Part shown: piece after piece, positions 21,050 through 35,451 of the stretch
Layout: the number at the start of each line of letters is the position of its first letter
Numbering within the stretch: position 1 is the first letter of the stretch
Source of the DNA: Schmidtea polychroa
Taxonomy: Eukaryota
Length of the DNA: 64,000 bases
Reading direction: 5' to 3'
NCBI GenBank assembly: GCA_044892525.1
Contig: CM097887.1
Location: forward strand, 107,052,397-107,116,396
The notes under the pieces: generated by a model
The model's database searches: none
Told to the model about the DNA's origin: nothing
What the model saw: the letters and a program-made list of their open reading frames with translations, nothing else
Program-made: the position numbers and the translations under genes

Positions 21050-23927
21050 GAAAGGCTAGATTAGTGAGTATTCCTGGTTGTAAAGGAATAAAGGCTTTGG
21101 ATTGGTTTAGTATCAGAAAGGTAGCGAGTGTAAACCAGCCCCGCATAAATAAATTAATTAATAATTGTAGAGTTCAAAATACGTTAAACGGGACAACGAG
21201 AGATAAAACCTCAACTTGGTTATTCTTAATCATAATAGGGGGAGTAATTTGCATGATTTTAATTTTGATATTAACCACCCTATGGATGCTTAGATTAAAT
21301 ATGCGGGATATTCGTTATTGGGAAATTATTTACGAAACCGAGGTATAGGGGGAAAGTCTCACCATATACTAGGAAGTGTAAATATATATTTTATCTATTT
21401 TATATGTTATTTATATTAGTATGTAAACTAATGTGGGCTCAAATGAGCATCGGTAAAATCAGACATCAGCGTATGTCGACTTTGGTTACCCTGCGAGGGT
21501 CTATCACGAAAGTGATAAAAGCTGTTAATTATTTTATTTTTAGAAAAATGAATTATAACAGAGAACCAAAACCACCAGTCAAAGCAAATCGACGACACCC
21601 ATTGGCAACGTACAATTCCCAGACTCGAGTTGAAACTGAAGTATATAGTACATACAAAGAAGAGTACGTATACAGGTTCATCGGAACTACGGTCGCAGCA
21701 AAAATGAATCACCTCACCTCAAACTATTGGTATTATCCCAGGAGAGTGGATATTCCAAACGATTTCAAATTCGCAGGAGGGCCTCGAAAGCAAATGATGA
21801 TAACGGTTATAAATAACCAAGGTAGATTAAAATTGGCGGAACTATGTAGAGATTATGGTTCATGTCCGAAATTGGAAAACATTTGGATCCATGCGATCAA
21901 TAGGCCATTCACTGTGTTTATGGCGGGATTAGAGTTACCTGTTGAATTAGAAAAACAGTGTACACTGGAGATATACCACGCTGATGGACGAGAACGGAAT
22001 ATTATGATCCAGGCAGCAGCAGTTGATACCATAATCGCAGTAGAAATCTTGGATTTCAGGAAGCCATACTCTATAGTTAGCAAAAACGAGCCAACTTGGA
22101 TTTACAATGTAAATAAAGTTGATATACAGCAGTGTAAATCATTTGTGAGGAAGAAGTTAACCAAAGCCGAGGAGGACGAGGCTACAATTTTCATATCGGC
22201 AGGTTTTGCCAAATCCCGAATCGAACTGAAGGAGACAATTATCCAAATCGCAATTATGGATATGAGGGGAAATAATTTATTGAGTGCGGTAGTGACTCCC
22301 AGAGACCCTGTAAAACACTACCAAACGCACCAATACAAGTTAAAGGAACCTGATATTAGAGGAAACCTCGACGAAGATGATTGTTATCCTCTGATAAGAT
22401 CTGCGATAAGAAAATACTTGTAGGTATTTTGCTTAAAGATCTGATCTCGGTAGCCAATCTACCAGTGCAGCGGATACTGAGTATTCGTGACCTTTCTGCA
22501 AATAAACTATTGGAAACCAGAGGAGTCCCAATGATTCATGGTCATTACAGATTGGGATTCCCGACGAAAACTTTCCTGCGTACGGTTCCCGGAGAACCAA
22601 GGAATTTAGTGGTCACCAATGAGGCACTGGCGATACGTGCGGTTTATTTACATCTCAGAAACGAATGGTTAGACCATATCACGAAACCCCAGGAGGAATT
22701 CATTTCCGTAACTACAGCAGCGATAGTTGAGCAGGAAATGACGCAAAAGAAGAGATTACCCGAGCAACCATCTACATCAGGGCAACCCAAGCCTAAGAGA
22801 AAATCACCTGTGGACTTACCACCGCCTCCAGCTATATCTATTGGAGAAGATGAATATGAAACATGCGTTAGCGAAACGGAGACAGCAAAATCACCCAAAC
22901 AATCATCGGGAGCTGCCTATCAGCCAAAGGATAAATCGGAAAATGCGGTCAGAAAAGAAAATCCAGAAGGAGGCAAGGTGAAAAAGATGTTAAAGAAAAT
23001 ATTACCCATAAAAAGACAATTTTTTCAAATTTGTCAGACTTCCCGCCAACGGAAATTCTTCAACGATGTCTTATTTTAAAGCTCATTGCAATACCTTTCG
23101 AATGTGGTATAGAAATCCATATTATCAATATTATTGGTAAAGATATTATTTTTTCAAAATATTATTTTTTCAAGGTCATTTATATTTTCAAGGTCATTTA
23201 TATTTTCAAGGTCATTCATATTTTCAAGGTCATATTTTAAAATTTAAATTTTTAGAGTTCCCACCAATGGAATTTATTGGCCGATGGCTAATTTTGAAGC
23301 CCACTGCAATACCTTTCGAATGACGTATAGATATTCATATTATCATTATTATTAATAAAGATATTATTTTTTCAAAATATTATTTTTCAAGGTCGTTTAT
23401 TTTTTCAAGGTTCAAAATCTGTTCAAAGCTACTGTTTTAGTCAATACGAACCAGATGAAATAATCGGTTCCATCGCCAAAAGTGATGCTCATCCTATTTG
23501 AATATATGCCTGAAAGATTGAAAGATTCAAGTTGAAAGACCTGAAATTAGAAGACAATCACAAGAAAATATTATCCGGACAATTGATGTCCGGACTGCAA
23601 TACTTGCATAATTTGAATATCGCCCACTGCAATATCAATCCAAAAGACATTTTCGATGATATGGCAGAATTAAGATTAAAGATTTCAAACTTTGGAGAAC
23701 GAATAATAAAATTGCGCTTATCGTCATATTAGAAAATGACCAGCGAGTCGAGAGATTAGTGCTCAACCATGCTTATCTAAGTAGAAGATGGACAATCAAA
23801 CCAGATACCGTGACAAAGGCGAACATTTCGTATTTGGAATTTACGGAGAGAACCGGTTGGTATACAATATATCAAGAAATAGTAAATCTAATACCTCCCA
23901 CAAAAGGAGAACTAACTGGCAAAGAAG
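21050..23927 (+). repeat. Array unit 8 (2878 bp)
   Basis: In-frame 3-bp deletion in ORF C (232 aa). Substitutions at 21234, 21964 and 23698 (NFGER). Confidence 0.95.
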
Positions 23928-26808
23928 GAAAGGCTAGATTAGTGAGTATTCCTGGTTGTAAAGGAATAAAGGCTTTGGATTGGTTTAGTATCAGAAAGGT
24001 AGCGAGTGTAAACCAGCCCCGCATAAATAAATTAATTAATAATTGTAGAGTTCAAAATACGTTAAACGGGACAACGAGAGATAAAACCTCAACTTGGTTA
24101 TTCTTAATCATGATAGGGGGAGTAATTTGCATGATTTTAATTTTGATATTAACCACCCTATGGATGCTTAGATTAAATATGCGGGATATTCGTTATTGGG
24201 AAATTATTTACGAAACCGAGGTATAGGGGGAAAGTCTCACCATATACTAGGAAGTGTAAATATATATTTTATCTATTTTATATGTTATTTATATTAGTAT
24301 GTAAACTAATGTGGGCTCAAATGAGCATCGGTAAAATCAGACATCAGCGTATGTCGACTTTGGTTACCCTGCGAGGGTCTATCACGAAAGTGATAAAAGC
24401 TGTTAATTATTTTATTTTTAGAAAAATGAATTATAACAGAGAACCAAAACCACCAGTCAAAGCAAATCGACGACACCCATTGGCAACGTACAATTCCCAG
24501 ACTCGAGTTGAAACTGAAGTATATAGTACATACAAAGAAGAGTACGTATACAGGTTCATCGGAACTACGGTCGCAGCAAAAATGAATCACCTCACCTCAA
24601 ACTATTGGTATTATCCCAGGAGAGTGGATATTCCAAACGATTTCAAATTCGCAGGAGGGCCTCGAAAGCAAATGATGATAACGGTTATAAATAACCAAGG
24701 TAGATTAAAATTGGCGGAACTATGTAGAGATTATGGTTCATGTCCGAAATTGGAAAACATTTGGATCCATGCGATCAATAGGCCATTCACTGTGTTTATG
24801 GCGGGATTAGAGTTACCTGTTGAATTAGAAAAACAGTGTACCCTGGAGATATACCACGCTGATGGACGAGAACGGAATATTATGATCCAGGCAGCAGCAG
24901 TTGATACCATAATCGCAGTAGAAATCTTGGATTTCAGGAAGCCATACTCTATAGTTAGCAAAAACGAGCCAACTTGGATTTACAATGTAAATAAAGTTGA
25001 TATACAGCAGTGTAAATCATTTGTGAGGAAGAAGTTAACCAAAGCCGAGGAGGACGAGGCTACAATTTTCATATCGGCAGGTTTTGCCAAATCCCGAATC
25101 GAACTGAAGGAGACAATTATCCAAATCGCAATTATGGATATGAGGGGAAATAATTTATTGAGTGCGGTAGTGACTCCCAGAGACCCTGTAAAACACTACC
25201 AAACGCACCAATACAAGTTAAAGGAACCTGATATTAGAGGAAACCTCGACGAAGATGATTGTTATCCTCTGATAAGATCTGCGATAAGAAAATACTTGTA
25301 GGTATTTTGCTTAAAGATCTGATCTCGGTAGCCAATCTACCAGTGCAGCGGATACTGAGTATTCGTGACCTTTCTGCAAATAAACTATTGGAAACCAGAG
25401 GAGTCCCAATGATTCATGGTCATTACAGATTGGGATTCCCGACGAAAACTTTCCTGCGTACGGTTCCCGGAGAACCAAGGAATTTAGTGGTCACCAATGA
25501 GGCACTGGCGATACGTGCGGTTTATTTACATCTCAGAAACGAATGGTTAGACCATATCACGAAACCCCAGGAGGAATTCATTTCCGTAACTACAGCAGCG
25601 ATAGTTGAGCAGGAAATGACGCAAAAGAAGAGATTACCCGAGCAACCATCTACATCAGGGCAACCCAAGCCTAAGAGAAAATCACCTGTGGACTTACCAC
25701 CGCCTCCAGCTATATCTATTGGAGAAGAAGATGAATATGAAACATGCGTTAGCGAAACGGAGACAGCAAAATCACCCAAACAATCATCAGGAGCTGCCTA
25801 TCAGCCAAAGGATAAATCGGAAAATGCGGTCAGAAAAGAAAATCCAGAAGGAGGCAAGGTGAAAAAGATGTTAAAGAAAATATTACCCATAAAAAGACAA
25901 TTTTTTCAAATTTGTCAGACTTCCCGCCAACGGAAATTCTTCAACGATGTCTTATTTTAAAGCTCATTGCAATACCTTTCGAATGTGGTATAGAAATCCA
26001 TATTATCAATATTATTGGTAAAGATATTATTTTTTCAAAATATTATTTTTTCAAGGTCATTTATATTTTCAAGGTCATTTATATTTTCAAGGTCATTCAT
26101 ATTTTCAAGGTCATATTTTAAAATTTAAATTTTTAGAGTTCCCACCAATGGAATTTATTGGCCGATGGCTAATTTTGAAGCCCACTGCAATACCTTTCGA
26201 ATGACGTATAGATATTCATATTATCATTATTATTAATAAAGATATTATTTTTTCAAAATATTATTTTTCAAGGTCGTTTATTTTTTCAAGGTTCAAAATC
26301 TGTTCAAAGCTACTGTTTTAGTCAATACGAACCAGATGAAATAATCGGTTCCATCGCCAAAAGTGATGCTCATCCTATTTGAATATATGCCTGAAAGATT
26401 GAAAGATTCAAGTTGAAAGACCTGAAATTAGAAGACAATCACAAGAAAATATTATCCGGACAATTGATGTCCGGACTGCAATACTTGCATAATTTGAATA
26501 TCGCCCACTGCAATATCAATCCAAAAGACATTTTCGATGATATGGCAGAATTAAGATTAAAGATTTCAAACTTTGGAGGACGAATAATAAAATTGCGCTT
26601 ATCGTCATATTAGAAAATGACCAGCGAGTCGAGAGATTAGTGCTCAACCATGCTTATCTAAGTAGAAGATGGACAATCAAACCAGATACCGTGACAAAGG
26701 CGAACATTTCGTATTTGGAATTTACGGAGAGAACCGGTTGGTATACAATATATCAAGAAATAGTAAATCTAATACCTCCCACAAAAGGAGAACTAACTGG
26801 CAAAGAAG
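23928..26808 (+). repeat. Array unit 9 (2881 bp)
   Basis: Synonymous G>A at 25789. Confidence 0.95.
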
Positions 26809-29800
26809 GAAAGGCTAGATTAGTGAGTATTCCTGGTTGTAAAGGAATAAAGGCTTTGGATTGGTTTAGTATCAGAAAGGTAGCGAGTGTAAACCAGCCC
26901 CGCATAAATAAATTAATTAATAATTGTAGAGTTCAAAATACGTTAAACGGGACAACGAGAGATAAAACCTCAACTTGGTTATTCTTAATCATGATAGGGG
27001 GAGTAATTTGCATGATTTTAATTTTGATATTAACCACCCTATGGATGCTTAGATTAAATATGCGGGATATTCGTTATTGGGAAATTATTTACGAAACCGA
27101 GGTATAGGGGGAAAGTCTCACCATATACTAGGAAGTGTAAATATATATTTTATCTATTTTATATGTTATTTATATTAGTATGTAAACTAATGTGGGCTCA
27201 AATGAGCATCGGTAAAATCAGACATCAGCGTATGTCGACTTTGGTTACCCTGCGAGGGTCTATCACGAAAGTGATAAAAGCTGTTAATTATTTTATTTTT
27301 AGAAAAATGAATTATAACAGAGAACCAAAACCACCAGTCAAAGCAAATCGACGACACCCATTGGCAACGTACAATTCCCAGACTCGAGTTGAAACTGAAG
27401 TATATAGTACATACAAAGAAGAGTACGTATACAGGTTCATCGGAACTACGGTCGCAGCAAAAATGAATCACCTCACCTCAAACTATTGGTATTATCCCAG
27501 GAGAGTGGATATTCCAAACGATTTCAAATTCGCAGGAGGGCCTCGAAAGCAAATGATGATAACGGTTATAAATAACCAAGGTAGATTAAAATTGGCGGAA
27601 CTATGTAGAGATTATGGTTCATGTCCGAAATTGGAAAACATTTGGATCCATGCGATCAATAGGCCATTCACTGTGTTTATGGCGGGATTAGAGTTACCTG
27701 TTGAATTAGAAAAACAGTGTACCCTGGAGATATACCACGCTGATGGACGAGAACGGAATATTATGATCCAGGCAGCAGCAGTTGATACCATAATCGCAGT
27801 AGAAATCTTGGATTTCAGGAAGCCATACTCTATAGTTAGCAAAAACGAGCCAACTTGGATTTACAATGTAAATAAAGTTGATATACAGCAGTGTAAATCA
27901 TTTGTGAGGAAGAAGTTAACCAAAGCCGAGGAGGACGAGGCTACAATTTTCATATCGGCAGGTTTTGCCAAATCCCGAATCGAACTGAAGGAGACAATTA
28001 TCCAAATCGCAATTATGGATATGAGGGGAAATAATTTATTGAGTGCGGTAGTGACTCCCAGAGACCCTGTAAAACACTACCAAACGCACCAATACAAGTT
28101 AAAGGAACCTGATATTAGAGGAAACCTCGACGAAGATGATTGTTATCCTCTGATAAGATCTGCGATAAGAAAATACTTGTAGGTATTTTGCTTAAAGATC
28201 TGATCTCGGTAGCCAATCTACCAGTGCAGCGGATACTGAGTATTCGTGACCTTTCTGCAAATAAACTATTGGAAACCAGAGGAGTCCCAATGATTCATGG
28301 TCATTACAGATTGGGATTCCCGACGAAAACTTTCCTGCGTACGGTTCCCGGAGAACCAAGGAATTTAGTGGTCACCAATGAGGCACTGGCGATACGTGCG
28401 GTTTATTTACATCTCAGAAACGAATGGTTAGACCATATCACGAAACCCCAGGAGGAATTCATTTCCGTAACTACAGCAGCGATAGTTGAGCAGGAAATGA
28501 CGCAAAAGAAGAGATTACCCGAGCAACCATCTACATCAGGGCAACCCAAGCCTAAGAGAAAATCACCTGTGGACTTACCACCGCCTCCAGCTATATCTAT
28601 TGGAGAAGAAGATGAATATGAAACATGCGTTAGCGAAACGGAGACAGCAAAATCACCCAAACAATCATCGGGAGCTGCCTATCAGCCAAAGGATAAATCG
28701 GAAAATGCGGTCAGAAAAGAAAATCCAGAAGGAGGCAAGGTGAAAAAGATGTTAAAGAAAATATTACCCATAAAAAGACAATTTTTTCAAATTTGTCAGA
28801 CTTCCCGCCAACGGAAATTCTTCAACGATGTCTTATTTTAAAGCTCATTGCAATACCTTTCGAATGTGGTATAGAAATCCATATTATCAATATTATTGGT
28901 AAAGATATTATTTTTTCAAAATATTATTTTTTCAAGGTCATTTATATTTTCAAGGTCATTTATATTTTCAAGGTCATTCATATTTTCAAGGTCATATTTT
29001 AAAATTTAAATTTTTAGAGTTCCCACCAATGGAATTTATTGGCCGATGGCTAATTTTGAAGCCCACTGCAATACCTTTCGAATGACGTATAGATATTCAT
29101 ATTATCATTATTATTAATAAAGATATTATTTTTTCAAAATATTATTTTTCAAGGTCGTTTATTTTTTCAAGGTTCAAAATCTGTTCAAAGCTACTGTTTT
29201 AGTCAATACGAACCAGATGAAATAATCGGTTCCATCGCCAAAAGTGATGCTCATCCTATTTGAATATATGCCTGAAAGATTGAAAGATTCAAGTTGAAAG
29301 ACCTGAAATTAGAAGACAATCACAAGAAAATATTATCCGGACAATTGATGTCCGGACTGCAATACTTGCATAATTTGAATATCGCCCACTGCAATATCAA
29401 TCCAAAAGACATTTTCGATGATATGGCAGAATTAAGATTAAAGATTTCAAACTTTGGAGGACGAATAATAAAATTGCGCTTATCGTCATATTAGAAAATG
29501 ACCAGCGAGTCGAGAGATTAGTGCTCAACCATGCTTATCTAAGTAGAAGATGGACAATCAAACCAGATACCGTGACAAAGGCGAACATTTCGTATTTGGA
29601 ATTTACGGAGAGAACCGGTTGGTATACAATATATCAAGAAATAGTAAATCTAATACCTCCCACAAAAGGAGAACTAACTGGCAAAGAAGGAAAGGCTAGA
29701 TTAGTGAGTATTCCTGGTTGTAAAGGAATAAAGGCTTTGGATTGGTTTAGTATCAGAAAGGTAGCGAGTGTAAACCAGCCCCGCATAAATAAATTAATTA

Positions 29801-32800
29801 ATAATTGTAGAGTTCAAAATACGTTAAACGGGACAACGAGAGATAAAACCTCAACTTGGTTATTCTTAATCATGATAGGGGGAGTAATTTGCATGATTTT
29901 AATTTTGATATTAACCACCCTATGGATGCTTAGATTAAATATGCGGGATATTCGTTATTGGGAAATTATTTACGAAACCGAGGTATAGGGGGAAAGTCTC
30001 ACCATATACTAGGAAGTGTAAATATATATTTTATCTATTTTATATGTTATTTATATTAGTATGTAAACTAATGTGGGCTCAAATGAGCATCGGTAAAATC
30101 AGACATCAGCGTATGTCGACTTTGGTTACCCTGCGAGGGTCTATCACGAAAGTGATAAAAGCTGTTAATTATTTTATTTTTAGAAAAATGAATTATAACA
30201 GAGAACCAAAACCACCAGTCAAAGCAAATCGACGACACCCATTGGCAACGTACAATTCCCAGACTCGAGTTGAAACTGAAGTATATAGTACATACAAAGA
30301 AGAGTACGTATACAGGTTCATCGGAACTACGGTCGCAGCAAAAATGAATCACCTCACCTCAAACTATTGGTATTATCCCAGGAGAGTGGATATTCCAAAC
30401 GATTTCAAATTCGCAGGAGGGCCTCGAAAGCAAATGATGATAACGGTTATAAATAACCAAGGTAGATTAAAATTGGCGGAACTATGTAGAGATTATGGTT
30501 CATGTCCGAAATTGGAAAACATTTGGATCCATGCGATCAATAGGCCATTCACTGTGTTTATGGCGGGATTAGAGTTACCTGTTGAATTAGAAAAACAGTG
30601 TACCCTGGAGATATACCACGCTGATGGACGAGAACGGAATATTATGATCCAGGCAGCAGCAGTTGATACCATAATCGCAGTAGAAATCTTGGATTTCAGG
30701 AAGCCATACTCTATAGTTAGCAAAAACGAGCCAACTTGGATTTACAATGTAAATAAAGTTGATATACAGCAGTGTAAATCATTTGTGAGGAAGAAGTTAA
30801 CCAAAGCCGAGGAGGACGAGGCTACAATTTTCATATCGGCAGGTTTTGCCAAATCCCGAATCGAACTGAAGGAGACAATTATCCAAATCGCAATTATGGA
30901 TATGAGGGGAAATAATTTATTGAGTGCGGTAGTGACTCCCAGAGACCCTGTAAAACACTACCAAACGCACCAATACAAGTTAAAGGAACCTGATATTAGA
31001 GGAAACCTCGACGAAGATGATTGTTATCCTCTGATAAGATCTGCGATAAGAAAATACTTGTAGGTATTTTGCTTAAAGATCTGATCTCGGTAGCCAATCT
31101 ACCAGTGCAGCGGATACTGAGTATTCGTGACCTTTCTGCAAATAAACTATTGGAAACCAGAGGAGTCCCAATGATTCATGGTCATTACAGATTGGGATTC
31201 CCGACGAAAACTTTCCTGCGTACGGTTCCCGGAGAACCAAGGAATTTAGTGGTCACCAATGAGGCACTGGCGATACGTGCGGTTTATTTACATCTCAGAA
31301 ACGAATGGTTAGACCATATCACGAAACCCCAGGAGGAATTCATTTCCGTAACTACAGCAGCGATAGTTGAGCAGGAAATGACGCAAAAGAAGAGATTACC
31401 CGAGCAACCATCTACATCAGGGCAACCCAAGCCTAAGAGAAAATCACCTGTGGACTTACCACCGCCTCCAGCTATATCTATTGGAGAAGAAGATGAATAT
31501 GAAACATGCGTTAGCGAAACGGAGACAGCAAAATCACCCAAACAATCATCGGGAGCTGCCTATCAGCCAAAGGATAAATCGGAAAATGCGGTCAGAAAAG
31601 AAAATCCAGAAGGAGGCAAGGTGAAAAAGATGTTAAAGAAAATATTACCCATAAAAAGACAATTTTTTCAAATTTGTCAGACTTCCCGCCAACGGAAATT
31701 CTTCAACGATGTCTTATTTTAAAGCTCATTGCAATACCTTTCGAATGTGGTATAGAAATCCATATTATCAATATTATTGGTAAAGATATTATTTTTTCAA
31801 AATATTATTTTTTCAAGGTCATTTATATTTTCAAGGTCATTTATATTTTCAAGGTCATTCATATTTTCAAGGTCATATTTTAAAATTTAAATTTTTAGAG
31901 TTCCCACCAATGGAATTTATTGGCCGATGGCTAATTTTGAAGCCCACTGCAATACCTTTCGAATGACGTATAGATATTCATATTATCATTATTATTAATA
32001 AAGATATTATTTTTTCAAAATATTATTTTTCAAGGTCGTTTATTTTTTCAAGGTTCAAAATCTGTTCAAAGCTACTGTTTTAGTCAATACGAACCAGATG
32101 AAATAATCGGTTCCATCGCCAAAAGTGATGCTCATCCTATTTGAATATATGCCTGAAAGATTGAAAGATTCAAGTTGAAAGACCTGAAATTAGAAGACAA
32201 TCACAAGAAAATATTATCCGGACAATTGATGTCCGGACTGCAATACTTGCATAATTTGAATATCGCCCACTGCAATATCAATCCAAAAGACATTTTCGAT
32301 GATATGGCAGAATTAAGATTAAAGATTTCAAACTTTGGAGGACGAATAATAAAATTGCGCTTATCGTCATATTAGAAAATGACCAGCGAGTCGAGAGATT
32401 AGTGCTCAACCATGCTTATCTAAGTAGAAGATGGACAATCAAACCAGATACCGTGACAAAGGCGAACATTTCGTATTTGGAATTTACGGAGAGAACCGGT
32501 TGGTATACAATATATCAAGAAATAGTAAATCTAATACCTCCCACAAAAGGAGAACTAACTGGCAAAGAAGGAAAGGCTAGATTAGTGAGTATTCCTGGTT
32601 GTAAAGGAATAAAGGCTTTGGATTGGTTTAGTATCAGAAAGGTAGCGAGTGTAAACCAGCCCCGCATAAATAAATTAATTAATAATTGTAGAGTTCAAAA
32701 TACGTTAAACGGGACAACGAGAGATAAAACCTCAACTTGGTTATTCTTAATCATGATAGGGGGAGTAATTTGCATGATTTTAATTTTGATATTAACCACC

Positions 32801-35451
32801 CTATGGATGCTTAGATTAAATATGCGGGATATTCGTTATTGGGAAATTATTTACGAAACCGAGGTATAGGGGGAAAGTCTCACCATATACTAGGAAGTGT
32901 AAATATATATTTTATCTATTTTATATGTTATTTATATTAGTATGTAAACTAATGTGGGCTCAAATGAGCATCGGTAAAATCAGACATCAGCGTATGTCGA
33001 CTTTGGTTACCCTGCGAGGGTCTATCACGAAAGTGATAAAAGCTGTTAATTATTTTATTTTTAGAAAAATGAATTATAACAGAGAACCAAAACCACCAGT
33101 CAAAGCAAATCGACGACACCCATTGGCAACGTACAATTCCCAGACTCGAGTTGAAACTGAAGTATATAGTACATACAAAGAAGAGTACGTATACAGGTTC
33201 ATCGGAACTACGGTCGCAGCAAAAATGAATCACCTCACCTCAAACTATTGGTATTATCCCAGGAGAGTGGATATTCCAAACGATTTCAAATTCGCAGGAG
33301 GGCCTCGAAAGCAAATGATGATAACGGTTATAAATAACCAAGGTAGATTAAAATTGGCGGAACTATGTAGAGATTATGGTTCATGTCCGAAATTGGAAAA
33401 CATTTGGATCCATGCGATCAATAGGCCATTCACTGTGTTTATGGCGGGATTAGAGTTACCTGTTGAATTAGAAAAACAGTGTACCCTGGAGATATACCAC
33501 GCTGATGGACGAGAACGGAATATTATGATCCAGGCAGCAGCAGTTGATACCATAATCGCAGTAGAAATCTTGGATTTCAGGAAGCCATACTCTATAGTTA
33601 GCAAAAACGAGCCAACTTGGATTTACAATGTAAATAAAGTTGATATACAGCAGTGTAAATCATTTGTGAGGAAGAAGTTAACCAAAGCCGAGGAGGACGA
33701 GGCTACAATTTTCATATCGGCAGGTTTTGCCAAATCCCGAATCGAACTGAAGGAGACAATTATCCAAATCGCAATTATGGATATGAGGGGAAATAATTTA
33801 TTGAGTGCGGTAGTGACTCCCAGAGACCCTGTAAAACACTACCAAACGCACCAATACAAGTTAAAGGAACCTGATATTAGAGGAAACCTCGACGAAGATG
33901 ATTGTTATCCTCTGATAAGATCTGCGATAAGAAAATACTTGTAGGTATTTTGCTTAAAGATCTGATCTCGGTAGCCAATCTACCAGTGCAGCGGATACTG
34001 AGTATTCGTGACCTTTCTGCAAATAAACTATTGGAAACCAGAGGAGTCCCAATGATTCATGGTCATTACAGATTGGGATTCCCGACGAAAACTTTCCTGC
34101 GTACGGTTCCCGGAGAACCAAGGAATTTAGTGGTCACCAATGAGGCACTGGCGATACGTGCGGTTTATTTACATCTCAGAAACGAATGGTTAGACCATAT
34201 CACGAAACCCCAGGAGGAATTCATTTCCGTAACTACAGCAGCGATAGTTGAGCAGGAAATGACGCAAAAGAAGAGATTACCCGAGCAACCATCTACATCA
34301 GGGCAACCCAAGCCTAAGAGAAAATCACCTGTGGACTTACCACCGCCTCCAGCTATATCTATTGGAGAAGAAGATGAATATGAAACATGCGTTAGCGAAA
34401 CGGAGACAGCAAAATCACCCAAACAATCATCGGGAGCTGCCTATCAGCCAAAGGATAAATCGGAAAATGCGGTCAGAAAAGAAAATCCAGAAGGAGGCAA
34501 GGTGAAAAAGATGTTAAAGAAAATATTACCCATAAAAAGACAATTTTTTCAAATTTGTCAGACTTCCCGCCAACGGAAATTCTTCAACGATGTCTTATTT
34601 TAAAGCTCATTGCAATACCTTTCGAATGTGGTATAGAAATCCATATTATCAATATTATTGGTAAAGATATTATTTTTTCAAAATATTATTTTTTCAAGGT
34701 CATTTATATTTTCAAGGTCATTTATATTTTCAAGGTCATTCATATTTTCAAGGTCATATTTTAAAATTTAAATTTTTAGAGTTCCCACCAATGGAATTTA
34801 TTGGCCGATGGCTAATTTTGAAGCCCACTGCAATACCTTTCGAATGACGTATAGATATTCATATTATCATTATTATTAATAAAGATATTATTTTTTCAAA
34901 ATATTATTTTTCAAGGTCGTTTATTTTTTCAAGGTTCAAAATCTGTTCAAAGCTACTGTTTTAGTCAATACGAACCAGATGAAATAATCGGTTCCATCGC
35001 CAAAAGTGATGCTCATCCTATTTGAATATATGCCTGAAAGATTGAAAGATTCAAGTTGAAAGACCTGAAATTAGAAGACAATCACAAGAAAATATTATCC
35101 GGACAATTGATGTCCGGACTGCAATACTTGCATAATTTGAATATCGCCCACTGCAATATCAATCCAAAAGACATTTTCGATGATATGGCAGAATTAAGAT
35201 TAAAGATTTCAAACTTTGGAGGACGAATAATAAAATTGCGCTTATCGTCATATTAGAAAATGACCAGCGAGTCGAGAGATTAGTGCTCAACCATGCTTAT
35301 CTAAGTAGAAGATGGACAATCAAACCAGATACCGTGACAAAGGCGAACATTTCGTATTTGGAATTTACGGAGAGAACCGGTTGGTATACAATATATCAAG
35401 AAATAGTAAATCTAATACCTCCCACAAAAGGAGAACTAACTGGCAAAGAAG
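26809..35451 (+). repeat. Array units 10-12 (3 x 2881 bp; starts 26809, 29690, 32571)
   Basis: All translated ORFs equal the consensus. No nucleotide differences were noticed by eye. Confidence 0.95.
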
